Shown: positions 9,842 to 19,110 of the stretch, piece by piece
Numbering within the stretch: position 1 is the stretch's first letter
Layout of the letters: each line of letters opens with the position of its first letter
Source: Saprospiraceae bacterium
GTDB taxonomy: Bacteria; Bacteroidota; Bacteroidia; Chitinophagales; Saprospiraceae
Direction: 5' to 3'
NCBI GenBank assembly: GCA_028284395.1
Contig: JANQRV010000384.1
Coordinates: 1 to 57,992 of the forward strand
Length of the DNA stretch: 57,992 nt
Notes under the pieces: generated by a model
What the model saw: only the letters and a program-made list of their open reading frames with translations
Told to the model about the DNA's origin: nothing
Databases searched by the model: none
Translations under genes and position numbers: made by a program

Positions 9842-11491
9842 TTGATAATGAGAAATTCAATTAAAAGGTTTTCCATCCTTTCTTTTCTGATTTTTACATT
9901 TGAATTAACTGAAGCTCAGACCGGTACCTCCGGCCAATCCAGTGGATTTTGGATCTACATGCTGTTGGCCGCTGTCATTCTGATCATCTTTTTCCTGGTA
10001 TTCCAAGTCAGTGACAACCTATTGGCAATCGAAGCCGGGAAATCTGGTGTTGACAACGGGCGTCGAAACTTCTCTATTCTTCCCAGTCTTAGTGATATTT
10101 TTGCTCCTAAGGTGGCAGACTATGCCGCCGATAAGCAAGTTACCATATTAAGACAAGGTCATGACATTTTGCTGGAGGGAGCTGCTTCGAAAGCAATCAA
10201 CCCCGGTATTACTTCCAGTCGTTTTGCCGTACAACCTCAGAATTTCACTGGCATTTCTCCGATTCCCAAAATGGAAGTTGAAGTAGGAGCGGAAGTAAAG
10301 GCGGGCGACCCACTCTTTTTTGACAAAAAAAGACCGGAAATAAAACACGTTGCGCCGGTGAGTGGAGAGGTCATCGCCATCAACCGGGGAGATAAGAGAT
10401 CCATTGCAGAGGTGGTCATTTTAGCGGACAAAGACATCAAATACCGTTCGTATGAAAGTTTCGACCTGGAAAATGGTAGCCGCCAAGATTTGGTAAACTA
10501 CTTATTGGAATCTGGCCTTTGGCCGATGATCGTTCAACGGCCTTTCAATGTGGTTCCGGCTCCAGAGGATCTTCCCAGAGACATTTTCGTGTCTACGTTC
10601 GATTCGGCCCCCTTGGCTCCCGATGCCAATTTTGTCATTCAGGGCAAAGAAGCTGCCTTTCAAAAAGGGCTGGACGTCCTGAGTAAATTAACCGATGGCT
10701 CGGTCTACCTTGGATTAAACGCCAAGGGAGATACTCCTCCTGCAGCTGCTTTCAGCGATGCCAAGAACGTCGTTGTGAAGTGGTTCCACGGTAAGCACCC
10801 GGCCGGGAATGTCGGTGTTCAAATTCACCACATCCATCCAATTGCCAATCAAGATAAGGTTTGGACTTTGGGTATTCAGGAAGTTATTTCGTTCGGTCAG
10901 CTTTTCCTCAATGGTATTTTTGACGCGCAGAGAGTGGTTGTCATTGCAGGATCGGAAGTTAAAGAGCCATCCTACGTTTCCACTTACCTGGGAGCAAATA
11001 TTGGAGAATTGGTAAAGAATCAGTTGTCTAGTGATCACGTCCGGCTGATCTCCGGCGATGTACTTTCGGGTACCTCGAAGAGCCATGACGGTTTTCTGGA
11101 TTTCTTCGACGACCAGATCACCGTTGTTACGGAAGGAGACTATTACGAGATGTTTGGTTGGCTTTTCCCTACCGTTCCAAAACCAAGTATTTCCAGAACA
11201 TTTCCCGGCTTCTTATTCCCCGACCTCAAGTACAAGGCGGATACCAATACACATGGCGAAAAACGTGCTTTCGTAGTCACCGGTCAGTACGAACAAGTGT
11301 TGCCAATGGACATTTTCCCGCAACACTTGATGAAGGCCATTCTGGTCAACGATTTTGAACGAATGGAAGGATTGGGAATTTATGAGTTGGCGGAAGAGGA
11401 CATCGCACTATGCGAGTTTGTCTGTACTTCCAAACAACCACTTCAGAAGATTCTCAGACAGGGTCTTGATGAAATGAGAGAACAAGGATAA
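9842..11491 (+). CDS. nqrA: Na+-translocating NADH:quinone oxidoreductase subunit A. It has an unusual in-frame N-terminal extension of about 90 aa (signal-like region plus one TM helix) if the ATG at 9842 is used. A GTG at about 10113 would give a canonical NqrA of about 459 aa.
   Basis: The NqrA core begins at VTILRQGHDILLEGAASKAINPG and includes GISPIPKMEVEVGAEVKAGDPLFFDKKRPEIKHVAPVSGEVIAINRGDKRSIAEV. It is followed by nqrBCDEF. Confidence 0.9.
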   Translation: MIMRNSIKRFSILSFLIFTFELTEAQTGTSGQSSGFWIYMLLAAVILIIFFLVFQVSDNLLAIEAGKSGVDNGRRNFSILPSLSDIFAPKVADYAADKQVTILRQGHDILLEGAASKAINPGITSSRFAVQPQNFTGISPIPKMEVEVGAEVKAGDPLFFDKKRPEIKHVAPVSGEVIAINRGDKRSIAEVVILADKDIKYRSYESFDLENGSRQDLVNYLLESGLWPMIVQRPFNVVPAPEDLPRDIFVSTFDSAPLAPDANFVIQGKEAAFQKGLDVLSKLTDGSVYLGLNAKGDTPPAAAFSDAKNVVVKWFHGKHPAGNVGVQIHHIHPIANQDKVWTLGIQEVISFGQLFLNGIFDAQRVVVIAGSEVKEPSYVSTYLGANIGELVKNQLSSDHVRLISGDVLSGTSKSHDGFLDFFDDQITVVTEGDYYEMFGWLFPTVPKPSISRTFPGFLFPDLKYKADTNTHGEKRAFVVTGQYEQVLPMDIFPQHLMKAILVNDFERMEGLGIYELAEEDIALCEFVCTSKQPLQKILRQGLDEMREQG

Positions 11492-11521
11492 TTTAAATAA
11501 TAGAACTTATTCATATAGATT

Positions 11522-12871
11522 ATGAAAAATGCGTTGCTGAATTTCCTGAAGAGAATTGAGCCGGATAAAAAGAAAAAACCCTTTTTACACACACTTTATG
11601 ACGGTTTTTTCACCTTTGCATTCACGCCTAATGCCACAACCAGTGGCGGGGTACATATCCGGGATGGAATGGACCTCAAACGCACGATGGTACACGTCGT
11701 CTTGGCCATGCAATTGTGCTATCTTTTCGGAACTTACAATATCGGTCACCAACATTTTGTGGCACTTGGACAATATGAATCATTTCTGCAAGGCTTCCAT
11801 CTGAAGCTGTTTTACGGTCTGGTCCAATTGTTGCCCATATTTGTAGTGGCCCACGTAGTTGGTCTCGGTATCGAATTTTGGTATGCTTCCAAAAAGGGAC
11901 ATGCCATTGAGGAGGGTTTTTTGGTTTCGGGAGCACTCATTCCCTTGATCATGCCGCCGGATATCCCCTTGTGGATTCTTGCTTTCTCCGTTGCTTTTGC
12001 CGTTATCATCGGTAAAGAAGCGTTTGGTGGGACGGGCATGAATATTTGGAATGTAGCCTTGTTATCCCGGGTCTTTGTTTTCTTCGCTTATCCAGGTACG
12101 ATCTCGGGTGATGAAGTATGGGTTGCCGGCTTAGCCGCCGCTGAAGGAGGAGCTGCTGCTCAATACGGCTGGGTTCACTTGAATCTCCTCAATCCACTCT
12201 TCGAAACATTTAGCTGGAGTACCTACGATGTCAAATCGGTGGTCGTCGACGGCTACACGGGGGCCACGCCGCTGGCCCTTGCTTATCAGGGAGGTTGGGA
12301 AAGAGTGACCGAAGTCTATTCTTCCAGCCAGATGCTCTGGGGAGGTATTCCGGGTTCCATCGGAGAGACTTCAAAGCCATTGATCATTGCCGGTGCCGCA
12401 TTCCTTTTGATCACGGGCATCGCCAGTTGGCGAATCATGGTTTCCATGTTGCTTGGAGCCATTTTTGCTTCTCTGCTTTTTAATGGTATTGCACCTTCGG
12501 AATTAACTGCTGAAACAGCCGGCTTCTGGAAGTTTATGGCAGTTCCATGGTACTATCAACTCTACATGGGTAGTTTCTTTTTTGCCATGGCTTTTATGGC
12601 GACGGATCCCGTCACCGCATCTTCGACCGCCAGAGGAAAATGGATCTACGGATTTCTTATTGGCGTGATCGGAATGATCGTTCGGGTAACCAATCCTGCC
12701 TACCCGGAAGGATGGATGTTGGCCATCCTGTTCATGAATACTTTTGCTCCGCTGATTGACCATTACATGATCGAAGGGAATATCAACCGCCGGACAAAAC
12801 GAACGGCCGCTTTAGCTGTTAAATATAATGAGAAAGTAAACCAACAACAGGAAGCGACTCTGGTTAACTGA
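11522..12871 (+). CDS. nqrB: Na+-NQR subunit B
   Basis: Polytopic membrane protein in the NqrB position between nqrA and nqrC. Confidence 0.9.
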   Translation: MKNALLNFLKRIEPDKKKKPFLHTLYDGFFTFAFTPNATTSGGVHIRDGMDLKRTMVHVVLAMQLCYLFGTYNIGHQHFVALGQYESFLQGFHLKLFYGLVQLLPIFVVAHVVGLGIEFWYASKKGHAIEEGFLVSGALIPLIMPPDIPLWILAFSVAFAVIIGKEAFGGTGMNIWNVALLSRVFVFFAYPGTISGDEVWVAGLAAAEGGAAAQYGWVHLNLLNPLFETFSWSTYDVKSVVVDGYTGATPLALAYQGGWERVTEVYSSSQMLWGGIPGSIGETSKPLIIAGAAFLLITGIASWRIMVSMLLGAIFASLLFNGIAPSELTAETAGFWKFMAVPWYYQLYMGSFFFAMAFMATDPVTASSTARGKWIYGFLIGVIGMIVRVTNPAYPEGWMLAILFMNTFAPLIDHYMIEGNINRRTKRTAALAVKYNEKVNQQQEATLVN

Positions 12872-12898
12872 TATTGATAATTTCAAAAAATATACAGC

Positions 12899-13615
12899 GT
12901 GGAAAATAACAATTATGTGATCCGTTTTATCATCATTATGACCGCTGTGGTAGCTCTTGGACTGACCGGCCTGAGAGAAGTTACCAACCCTCGATCTACT
13001 CTATACGAGGAGATCCTCACCAAGCGGGGAATTTTACAGGCAGTAGAAGACCACCTCCCCGGAGGCACAAAGTTGAATGAGCTGAGCAATGAAGAAGTAG
13101 CCAAGATCTTTAGTGAACAAATCGAACAGGTTTCTCTAACCACCGGCGGAGAAGTAATCGATGGCGTGACTGCCGAGAACATCGATATGAGTCAGGAAAT
13201 GAAGAAAGCTGAAAATGATCGACAATTGCCACTCTTCATCTACAATAGTGGGAATAAAAAGTTTTACATCACAAAAGTTCGCGGTAAAGGACTTTGGAAC
13301 GACATCTGGGCAAACATTGCCCTGGAAGAAGATCTAAACACCATTGCCGGTGCGGTTTTCGACCACGAAGAAGAAACACCGGGGCTCGGTGCCGAGATCA
13401 AAGATAATCCGGATTTCAGAGCTCAATTTGCCGGAAAGAAATTGTACGACGGCAACAAATACGTTTCTATCACGGTGCGTAAAGGGGGAGCCAAAGATCC
13501 TAATCATGAAGTAGATGGCATCTCCGGCGCTACCATTACCTCCAATGGTGTCACCGATATGATGGTCAAAGGCATGAAATCTTACGAACCTTATTTTAAG
13601 AAGTTGAAAAAATAA
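12899..13615 (+). CDS. nqrC: Na+-NQR subunit C (FMN-binding)
   Basis: Single N-terminal TM helix. The covalent FMN attachment motif DGISGATITS lies near the C-terminus. Confidence 0.88.
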   Translation: MENNNYVIRFIIIMTAVVALGLTGLREVTNPRSTLYEEILTKRGILQAVEDHLPGGTKLNELSNEEVAKIFSEQIEQVSLTTGGEVIDGVTAENIDMSQEMKKAENDRQLPLFIYNSGNKKFYITKVRGKGLWNDIWANIALEEDLNTIAGAVFDHEEETPGLGAEIKDNPDFRAQFAGKKLYDGNKYVSITVRKGGAKDPNHEVDGISGATITSNGVTDMMVKGMKSYEPYFKKLKK

Positions 13616-13621
13616 AGCATC

Positions 13622-14341
13622 ATGGCTGAAACTAAAGTAGCAGAAGCAAAAAAGCAGGTTCAGCAAAAAGAACCGCTTTTTGGGAAGAATGAACGCAAAT
13701 TAATTACAGATCCACTAAATGACAACAACCCGATTACCGTACAGGTGTTGGGAATTTGTTCGGCGCTAGCTGTTACTACACTTCTGAATAAGGCTGTAGT
13801 AATGTCCATTGCCGTTGTATTTGTTTGCGGTTTTTCAAGTCTCATCACTTCACTGTTGAGAAATAGCATTCCCAAACAGGTTCGGATGATCGTCCAATTG
13901 GTGATCATTGCCTCCTTGGTGACGATTGTGGAACTCGTACTTAAGGGGATCAGTTATCAAACTTTCCTCATTTCTAAAGAATTATCGGTTTTCATCGGTT
14001 TGATCATTACCAACTGTATCGTGATGGGACGCCTCGAAGCATATGCGATGGCCAACAAACCCTGGCCTTCCTTCCTCGATGGCATTGGAAATGGTCTTGG
14101 TTATGGACTGATTCTGATTATTGTTGCTGCGGTGAGAGAATTCTTTGGCAAAGGGTCTTTGCTCAACTATAAGATTCTGGGTCCTTCTCCGGATTATTTG
14201 CTGAACACAGATGCAATCTGGTTGTTGAGTTGGTATCAACCAAATGGCTTGATGGTTCTTTTCCCATCTGCGATGTTCGTAATCGGAATTTTGATCTGGA
14301 TTCACAGAACTTGGAATCCAAAACTCGTTGACATTTCCTAA
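13622..14341 (+). CDS. nqrD: Na+-NQR subunit D
   Basis: Polytopic membrane protein (RnfE/NqrD-like), in the nqrD position. Confidence 0.88.
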   Translation: MAETKVAEAKKQVQQKEPLFGKNERKLITDPLNDNNPITVQVLGICSALAVTTLLNKAVVMSIAVVFVCGFSSLITSLLRNSIPKQVRMIVQLVIIASLVTIVELVLKGISYQTFLISKELSVFIGLIITNCIVMGRLEAYAMANKPWPSFLDGIGNGLGYGLILIIVAAVREFFGKGSLLNYKILGPSPDYLLNTDAIWLLSWYQPNGLMVLFPSAMFVIGILIWIHRTWNPKLVDIS

Positions 14342-14361
14342 TTGGAAAAAATATTCAGACA

Positions 14362-14967
14362 ATGGAACTCTTAAATATATTTATCAAATCAGCCTTTATC
14401 GAAAACCTGGCATTGTCCTACTTTTTGGGAATGTGCTCCTACTTGGCCGTATCCAAGACCGTTAAGACGGCTTTTGGTCTTGGCCTTGCCGTTATTTTCG
14501 TATTGGCCATTACCATGCCGATCAATTGGTTGATTCAAAACTACTTATTGAGTGAGTCGGGAATCTTTGGAATGGATCTAACCTTCCTGCGATTGATCCT
14601 CTTCATTGCAGTAATTGCCTCAATGGTGCAATTGGTTGAAATGGTCGTGGAGAAGTTTTCTCCTTCACTATACAGTGCGTTGGGTATTTTCCTACCACTG
14701 ATCACAGTGAATTGCGCCATCCTTGGTGGTTCGCTTTTCATGGTTTCCAATGAATACAATTTTGCTGAAGCTGTTTCATTCGGTCTAGGTGGTGGATTTG
14801 GATGGTTCCTTGCCATTGTTGCCTTGGCTGCAATTCGCGAAAAGATCCGTTATTCAAATGTACCCGGACCTTTGAGAGGACTGGGAATGGCCTTTATTCT
14901 CACCGGATTGATGGGAATGGCCTTCATGAGCCTCATGGGTATCGATCCGGCAGCATTTTCAAATTAG
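14362..14967 (+). CDS. nqrE: Na+-NQR subunit E
   Basis: Polytopic membrane protein (RnfA/NqrE-like), in the nqrE position. Confidence 0.88.
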   Translation: MELLNIFIKSAFIENLALSYFLGMCSYLAVSKTVKTAFGLGLAVIFVLAITMPINWLIQNYLLSESGIFGMDLTFLRLILFIAVIASMVQLVEMVVEKFSPSLYSALGIFLPLITVNCAILGGSLFMVSNEYNFAEAVSFGLGGGFGWFLAIVALAAIREKIRYSNVPGPLRGLGMAFILTGLMGMAFMSLMGIDPAAFSN

Positions 14968-14991
14968 CAGTTCAGATTTAATCTTACGATA

Positions 14992-16302
14992 ATGATAGTA
15001 TTATTTGCAATTTTAGTTTTCACCTCCGTTATCCTGCTGCTCTCCATGATGCTGATCGCAGCCCGGAAGCGACTGGTACCGCAGGGCGATGTGAAGATCA
15101 TTGTGAATGGCGATGAAGAAAACCCACTCCTCGTACAACCGGGAACCTCTCTCTTATCTGCCTTGTCGGATAAGAGCGTTTTTCTTCCTTCCGCTTGTGG
15201 AGGTGGTGGTACTTGCGCCATGTGTGAATGCCACATTGATGAGGGCGGAGGAGATGTGCTCCCTACCGAATTGAACCACTTGACCAGAAAAGAAGTCGCA
15301 GAGCACAAGCGTTTGGCCTGCCAGGTAAAGGTGCGGGAAGACATGAAAATCCGCATTCCGGAAGAGATCTTCGGTATCAAGAAATGGGAGTGTGAAGTGG
15401 TTTCCAATTATAACGTTGCCACTTTTATCAAAGAATTCGTGGTCAAGTTGCCCGAAGGTGAAATCCTGGAATTCGAATCCGGTGGATATATTCAAATCGA
15501 TGTTCCTGAGGTAGAGGTCGACTTTAAAAATTTCGACATCACTTCTCACCCTAGAATGGGCAAAGCACCGGATGCCTTCCAAAAGGATTGGGATAAATTC
15601 AACCTTTGGCCGCTGAAGATGAAGAACGACGAAGAGCAATTCCGCGCCTACTCCATGGCCAACCACCCTGCAGAAGGGAATATAGTCATGTTGAATATTC
15701 GGATTGCTACTCCACCGTGGGATCGTAAAAACAACGACTGGATGCCCGTTAATCCAGGGGTTTGTTCTTCCTACGTATTTGATCAGAAACCAGGAGACAA
15801 GGTAACCATTTCGGGACCCTATGGTGAGTTTTTCATCAAGCCGACCAAAAAGGAAATGGTTTACATTGGAGGTGGGGCAGGTATGGCTCCTCTGCGCTCC
15901 CATATTTTTCACCTGTTCCATACCCTGAAGACCAAAGACCGCAAGGTCAGTTACTGGTATGGCGGACGTTCAAGAGCAGAACTCTTCTACACTGAAGATT
16001 TCACGGACATCGAAAAAGATTACGACAACTTCAGATACTACATTGCCCTCTCCGACAAGAAGATGGCTGAAGAAATAGATGGCTGGACACTGAAAGACAA
16101 TATCCACGACGAAAAGGGCGAAGGTTTCCTTGGTTTCATTCACCAGGTGCTTTACGATCAGTACCTAAAGGATCACCCGGAGCCGGAAGAAGTGGAATAC
16201 TACCTTTGTGGACCTCCACTGATGTTGGCCGCGGCACTCAAGATGCTCGATGAGCTCGGAGTACCGGAAGAAAATATTGCTTTCGATGATTTTGGAAGTT
16301 AA
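14992..16302 (+). CDS. nqrF: Na+-NQR subunit F (2Fe-2S ferredoxin plus FAD/NADH-binding reductase)
   Basis: N-terminal TM helix. Ferredoxin cysteines ([16 protein letters not shown]). FAD/NAD-binding motifs ([20 protein letters not shown]). Confidence 0.9.
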   Translation: MIVLFAILVFTSVILLLSMMLIAARKRLVPQGDVKIIVNGDEENPLLVQPGTSLLSALSDKSVFLPSACGGGGTCAMCECHIDEGGGDVLPTELNHLTRKEVAEHKRLACQVKVREDMKIRIPEEIFGIKKWECEVVSNYNVATFIKEFVVKLPEGEILEFESGGYIQIDVPEVEVDFKNFDITSHPRMGKAPDAFQKDWDKFNLWPLKMKNDEEQFRAYSMANHPAEGNIVMLNIRIATPPWDRKNNDWMPVNPGVCSSYVFDQKPGDKVTISGPYGEFFIKPTKKEMVYIGGGAGMAPLRSHIFHLFHTLKTKDRKVSYWYGGRSRAELFYTEDFTDIEKDYDNFRYYIALSDKKMAEEIDGWTLKDNIHDEKGEGFLGFIHQVLYDQYLKDHPEPEEVEYYLCGPPLMLAAALKMLDELGVPEENIAFDDFGS

Positions 16303-16332
16303 TATTTAGTTCCATCCAACTGGTGGCCAAAA

Positions 16333-16371
16333 GCCCCGTGTCGATTTCGAGATCGACACGGGGCTTTTTTT
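16333..16371 (+). terminator. Rho-independent terminator of the nqr operon
   Basis: Perfect 13 bp stem (GCCCCGTGTCGAT at 16333-16345 paired with ATCGACACGGGGC at 16352-16364), 6 nt loop, then TTTTTTT at 16365-16371. It sits 30 nt after the nqrF stop. A second 10 bp hairpin (TACTACGCAG / CTGCGTAGTA, 16373-16397) follows directly. Confidence 0.85.
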
Positions 16372-16568
16372 GTACTACGCAGTTAGGCTGCGTAGTAAGC
16401 CCTCAACTTTGTATCAACAAAAGCATAGTTCTTTCAAAAACGCAGGTGCAAAAGAAACTGAAAGTTGATTTTAAGGACCCTGATGTGGGTTTCTGAATGG
16501 CTCCATAGTGCTGGTAGTGAAATTAATCGCCGGTATGCTTTCCTTTCAATCAACTGCGGTGATGTTTA

Positions 16569-16635
16569 TTCACGGGTCAGAGGGTTCGAATCCTTCTCTC
16601 CTCCCGGAGGAGTAGCTCAGTGGCAGAGCAGTGAA
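16569..16635 (+). ncRNA. tRNA-like element whose halves are in circularly permuted order. The 3' half (anticodon-stem 3' strand, variable loop, T-arm, acceptor 3' strand) runs 16569-16605 and abuts the 5' half (acceptor 5' strand, U8/A9, D-arm, A26, anticodon-stem 5' strand) at 16606-16635.
   Basis: Read directly. TTCAC (16569-73), GGGTC, A, GAGGG-TTCGAAT-CCTTC (T-arm with the consensus T-loop), T, CTCCTCC (16598-604), C (16605). Then GGAGGAG (16606-12, the exact complement of CTCCTCC), TA, GCTC-AGTGGCA-GAGC (canonical D-arm with A14, G18, G19, A21), A, GTGAA (16631-35, the exact complement of the TTCAC at 16569-73). It is not a canonical contiguous tRNA on either strand. Whether it is functional is unknown. 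Confidence 0.35.
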
Positions 16636-16924
16636 CCTTTCTTTGGAGAAGGTCAATATCCGGAAGAGGGTCACTTCCTAAAAAATGATCGAATGAGGTT
16701 GTGAAAACATTTCCTGCCACCATGGAAATGAATCGGCAATCTGTCTAAAGCTTTGTAAAACTGGGATTCCGTCTAATTTGAAGCTCGGACATCCTGCCCG
16801 CTCGAATTACGAAAGCTTGCAGGACCTCCAAGTGGAGACTTTGACGCAACAGCTTTTCCGCTGCGGATAGTGGGATCTGTTTTTGCAGCCTTCATTTTTT
16901 TAAAAGACATGAAAATGATTTACC

Positions 16925-18022
16925 ATGAAACCAATACGAATTCACGCACACTCGGTAGGCCTGGTATTCAGGAACGGCCACTTCATCAAAGTAATGGAGG
17001 AAGGCTTTCATTGGGTTTGGTTGCTCGACCAAGTCCGGATTTATGATAAAACCAAGGATTTTGTGGCTCCTTGCAACCCCAATATCCTTTTGGAAGATGA
17101 GGCCTTTAAGCACCTCGTCGAGATAGTGGAACTTCAGGACAACGAAATTGCCCTTCACTATCGCGATCACAACTATCACCAAATGCTGGGTTCAGGCAAA
17201 CACCTCTTTTGGAAGAGCGTTGTCACACATCAGTTTAAAGTAATCGACCTCGATAACATTGAGGTTGCTGAGGAGATTGATAGGCATGTATTAGAGTTGG
17301 ACGGGGAGTTGGCAAACTACTGTACGTCCTTCATCATCGAATCATTTGAGAAGGGGTTGCTTTTCGTCAATGGTGAATGCGATCGCCAATTGATTCCCGG
17401 CCAATATTTCTTTTGGAACAGCCGCAAGGAGGTCACGATTCGCAAAGCCGACATGAGACAACAGCAGGTAGAAATTTCCGGCCAAGAAGTTCTGACCAAA
17501 GATCGAGCCGCCATCCGGGTCAATTTTTATCTCCAATATAAAATCGATGACATCAAAAAGGCGATGATCGAGACCAAAGAATACGATCGGCAATTGTACA
17601 TTCTTACTCAATTGGCCTTGCGCGAATATCTCGGTACGCTCACGCTGGATGAATTACTGGCTAACAGAACGGCAGTTGGAGATTTTATGATACAACATCT
17701 CCCCTCCGTACTGACAACGATTGGATGCCAGTTGATTCATGCCGGTATTCGGGACATTATTTTACCCGGCGACATCAAGGACATCATGAACCGGGTATTG
17801 ATCGCCGAGAAGCAGGCGCAGGCCAATATCATCACCAGGCGGCAGGAAGCAGCTGCTACCAGAAGTTTGATGAATACCGCCAAAATGATGGAGGACAATC
17901 AAATGTTGTTTAAATTAAAGGAAATGGAATACGTAGAAAAGATAGCGGAAAAGATCAATAGTATTTCATTGTCAGGTAGCTCTCAAATTGTAGATCAACT
18001 GAGAGATATCTTTTCAAAATGA
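16925..18022 (+). CDS. SPFH/band-7 (prohibitin/stomatin-like) domain protein. The N-terminal domain of about 190 aa is unassigned and no TM helix is evident.
   Basis: The C-terminal half matches the SPFH pattern (QEVLTKDRAAIRVNFYLQYKIDD...LREYLGTLTLDELLANRTAVGDFM...GIRDIILPGDIKDIMNRVLIAEKQAQANIITRRQEAAATRS). Confidence 0.7.
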   Translation: MKPIRIHAHSVGLVFRNGHFIKVMEEGFHWVWLLDQVRIYDKTKDFVAPCNPNILLEDEAFKHLVEIVELQDNEIALHYRDHNYHQMLGSGKHLFWKSVVTHQFKVIDLDNIEVAEEIDRHVLELDGELANYCTSFIIESFEKGLLFVNGECDRQLIPGQYFFWNSRKEVTIRKADMRQQQVEISGQEVLTKDRAAIRVNFYLQYKIDDIKKAMIETKEYDRQLYILTQLALREYLGTLTLDELLANRTAVGDFMIQHLPSVLTTIGCQLIHAGIRDIILPGDIKDIMNRVLIAEKQAQANIITRRQEAAATRSLMNTAKMMEDNQMLFKLKEMEYVEKIAEKINSISLSGSSQIVDQLRDIFSK

Positions 18023-18085
18023 TGAAGCACCGGTATGTCGCAGTGAGATCTGCAGCATGCCGGTTTTTGAGAAAAAAGAAAGATC

Positions 18086-19099
18086 GTGTTCACAAAAAAA
18101 GAATTGGATAACCATATCGATGCCGGGTGGATTCGGGTGCAAAAGCATCCAAAAAACGACCTGTTCATATACAATTATACCCAGGAGGCACAGTACGAAG
18201 GAATTTGGGATCACATTACCCTGAGTTGCAGAGGGCTCATTTTGGATAAAAACAACAAAATCGTGGCTCGTCCACTACCAAAATTCTTCAACCTTGGCGA
18301 ACGGGACGATCAGTTGATTCCCAATGAAGCCTTTGAAGTCTTCGAGAAACTGGATGGATCTTTGGGCATCCTTTATTGGATCGGAGATCAGCCGTTTATA
18401 GCAACCCGAGGTTCCTTTCAAAGCGAACAATCGGCAGTAGCTAACGAAATCTTATATGCCCAATATCGCCACCTGATTCCTGCCTTGGATCGATCGAAGA
18501 CCTATCTTTTTGAGATCATTTACCCAGGCAATCGAATCGTTGTCGATTATGGCAACCGAACAGACATCATTCTATTGGCCATCATCGATACTGCCACCGG
18601 CGTTGAAGCCCCTTTGAACAGCATGGGGTTTCCGGTCGTTCGAAAATACAATGGGGTCAAGGACATCCATACGCTGAAAGATCGGGAGGAAGTCAACCGT
18701 GAGGGGTTTGTCATTCGTTTCGCCAGCGGACTCCGATACAAAGTCAAATTCACGGAATACATTCGCATCCATCGCCTTGTTACACAGGTTTCCAACGTTA
18801 CGATCTGGGAAAACCTAAAGGCGGGAGATGCCCTCCATGAATTGATCGAAAAAGTGCCGGATGAATTCTATGAGTGGGTAAAACAAACCCGAGCGGAGTT
18901 GTTGACCGAATTTGCCAATATTGAACACATCTGCAAACAGGAATTCAAAATTCTTGCTACCCGTAAGGATACCGCTCTCTATTTTCAGGAGTGTCAGTTC
19001 CCCGGAGTACTATTCAACATGCTTGATGGCAAAAACTACGATGAGATCATCTGGAAGGCAATTCGCCCCAAGCATTCCAAACCATTCTCAACTCCTTAA
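18086..19099 (+). CDS. ATP-dependent RNA ligase, Rnl1 family (homologue of phage T4 RNA ligase 1, a tRNA-repair ligase)
   Basis: Nucleotidyltransferase motif I KxDG (VFEKLDGSLGILY), motif IV (REGFVIRF) and motif V (RYKVKFTEY). Other segments align, from memory, with T4 gp63: CRGLILD...RPLPKFFNLGE versus ECRGIMFE...RPMEKFFNLNE, GSFQSEQSAVAN versus GSIKSEQALMAN, and NRIVVDY versus NRIVLAY. Confidence 0.8.
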   Translation: MFTKKELDNHIDAGWIRVQKHPKNDLFIYNYTQEAQYEGIWDHITLSCRGLILDKNNKIVARPLPKFFNLGERDDQLIPNEAFEVFEKLDGSLGILYWIGDQPFIATRGSFQSEQSAVANEILYAQYRHLIPALDRSKTYLFEIIYPGNRIVVDYGNRTDIILLAIIDTATGVEAPLNSMGFPVVRKYNGVKDIHTLKDREEVNREGFVIRFASGLRYKVKFTEYIRIHRLVTQVSNVTIWENLKAGDALHELIEKVPDEFYEWVKQTRAELLTEFANIEHICKQEFKILATRKDTALYFQECQFPGVLFNMLDGKNYDEIIWKAIRPKHSKPFSTP

Positions 19100-19110
19100 C
19101 CAAAACAACC

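Noticed and set aside
15154-15921. 255 aa minus-strand ORF inside nqrF
   Set aside because: It is antisense to a well-supported nqrF reading frame and no motifs are present.
16530-16700. Two ordinary tandem tRNA genes or an integrase att-site remnant
   Set aside because: No 5' acceptor strand complementary to CTCCTCC exists upstream near 16530. No T-arm or 3' acceptor exists downstream near 16680. Integration events leave an intact tRNA plus a 3' fragment, not a 3' fragment followed by a 5' fragment. No integrase or mobile genes are nearby.
16465-16704. 79 aa ORF covering the tRNA-like element
   Set aside because: The region has strong RNA-like secondary-structure features (acceptor, D, T and anticodon-stem complements). 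The ORF has no motifs and sits in a terminator-flanked intergenic region.
16440-16920. Considered whether the tRNA-like pieces belong to a standard or two-piece tmRNA (ssrA)
   Set aside because: The 5' part has a genuine 4 bp D-stem, and both halves of an anticodon stem are present, which tmRNA lacks. I could find no tag-peptide reading frame ending in ALAA-stop nearby. The 620 bp spacer would fit ssrA in size, but no T-arm/CCA end exists downstream of the GGAGGAG start. This is left open for covariance-model testing.
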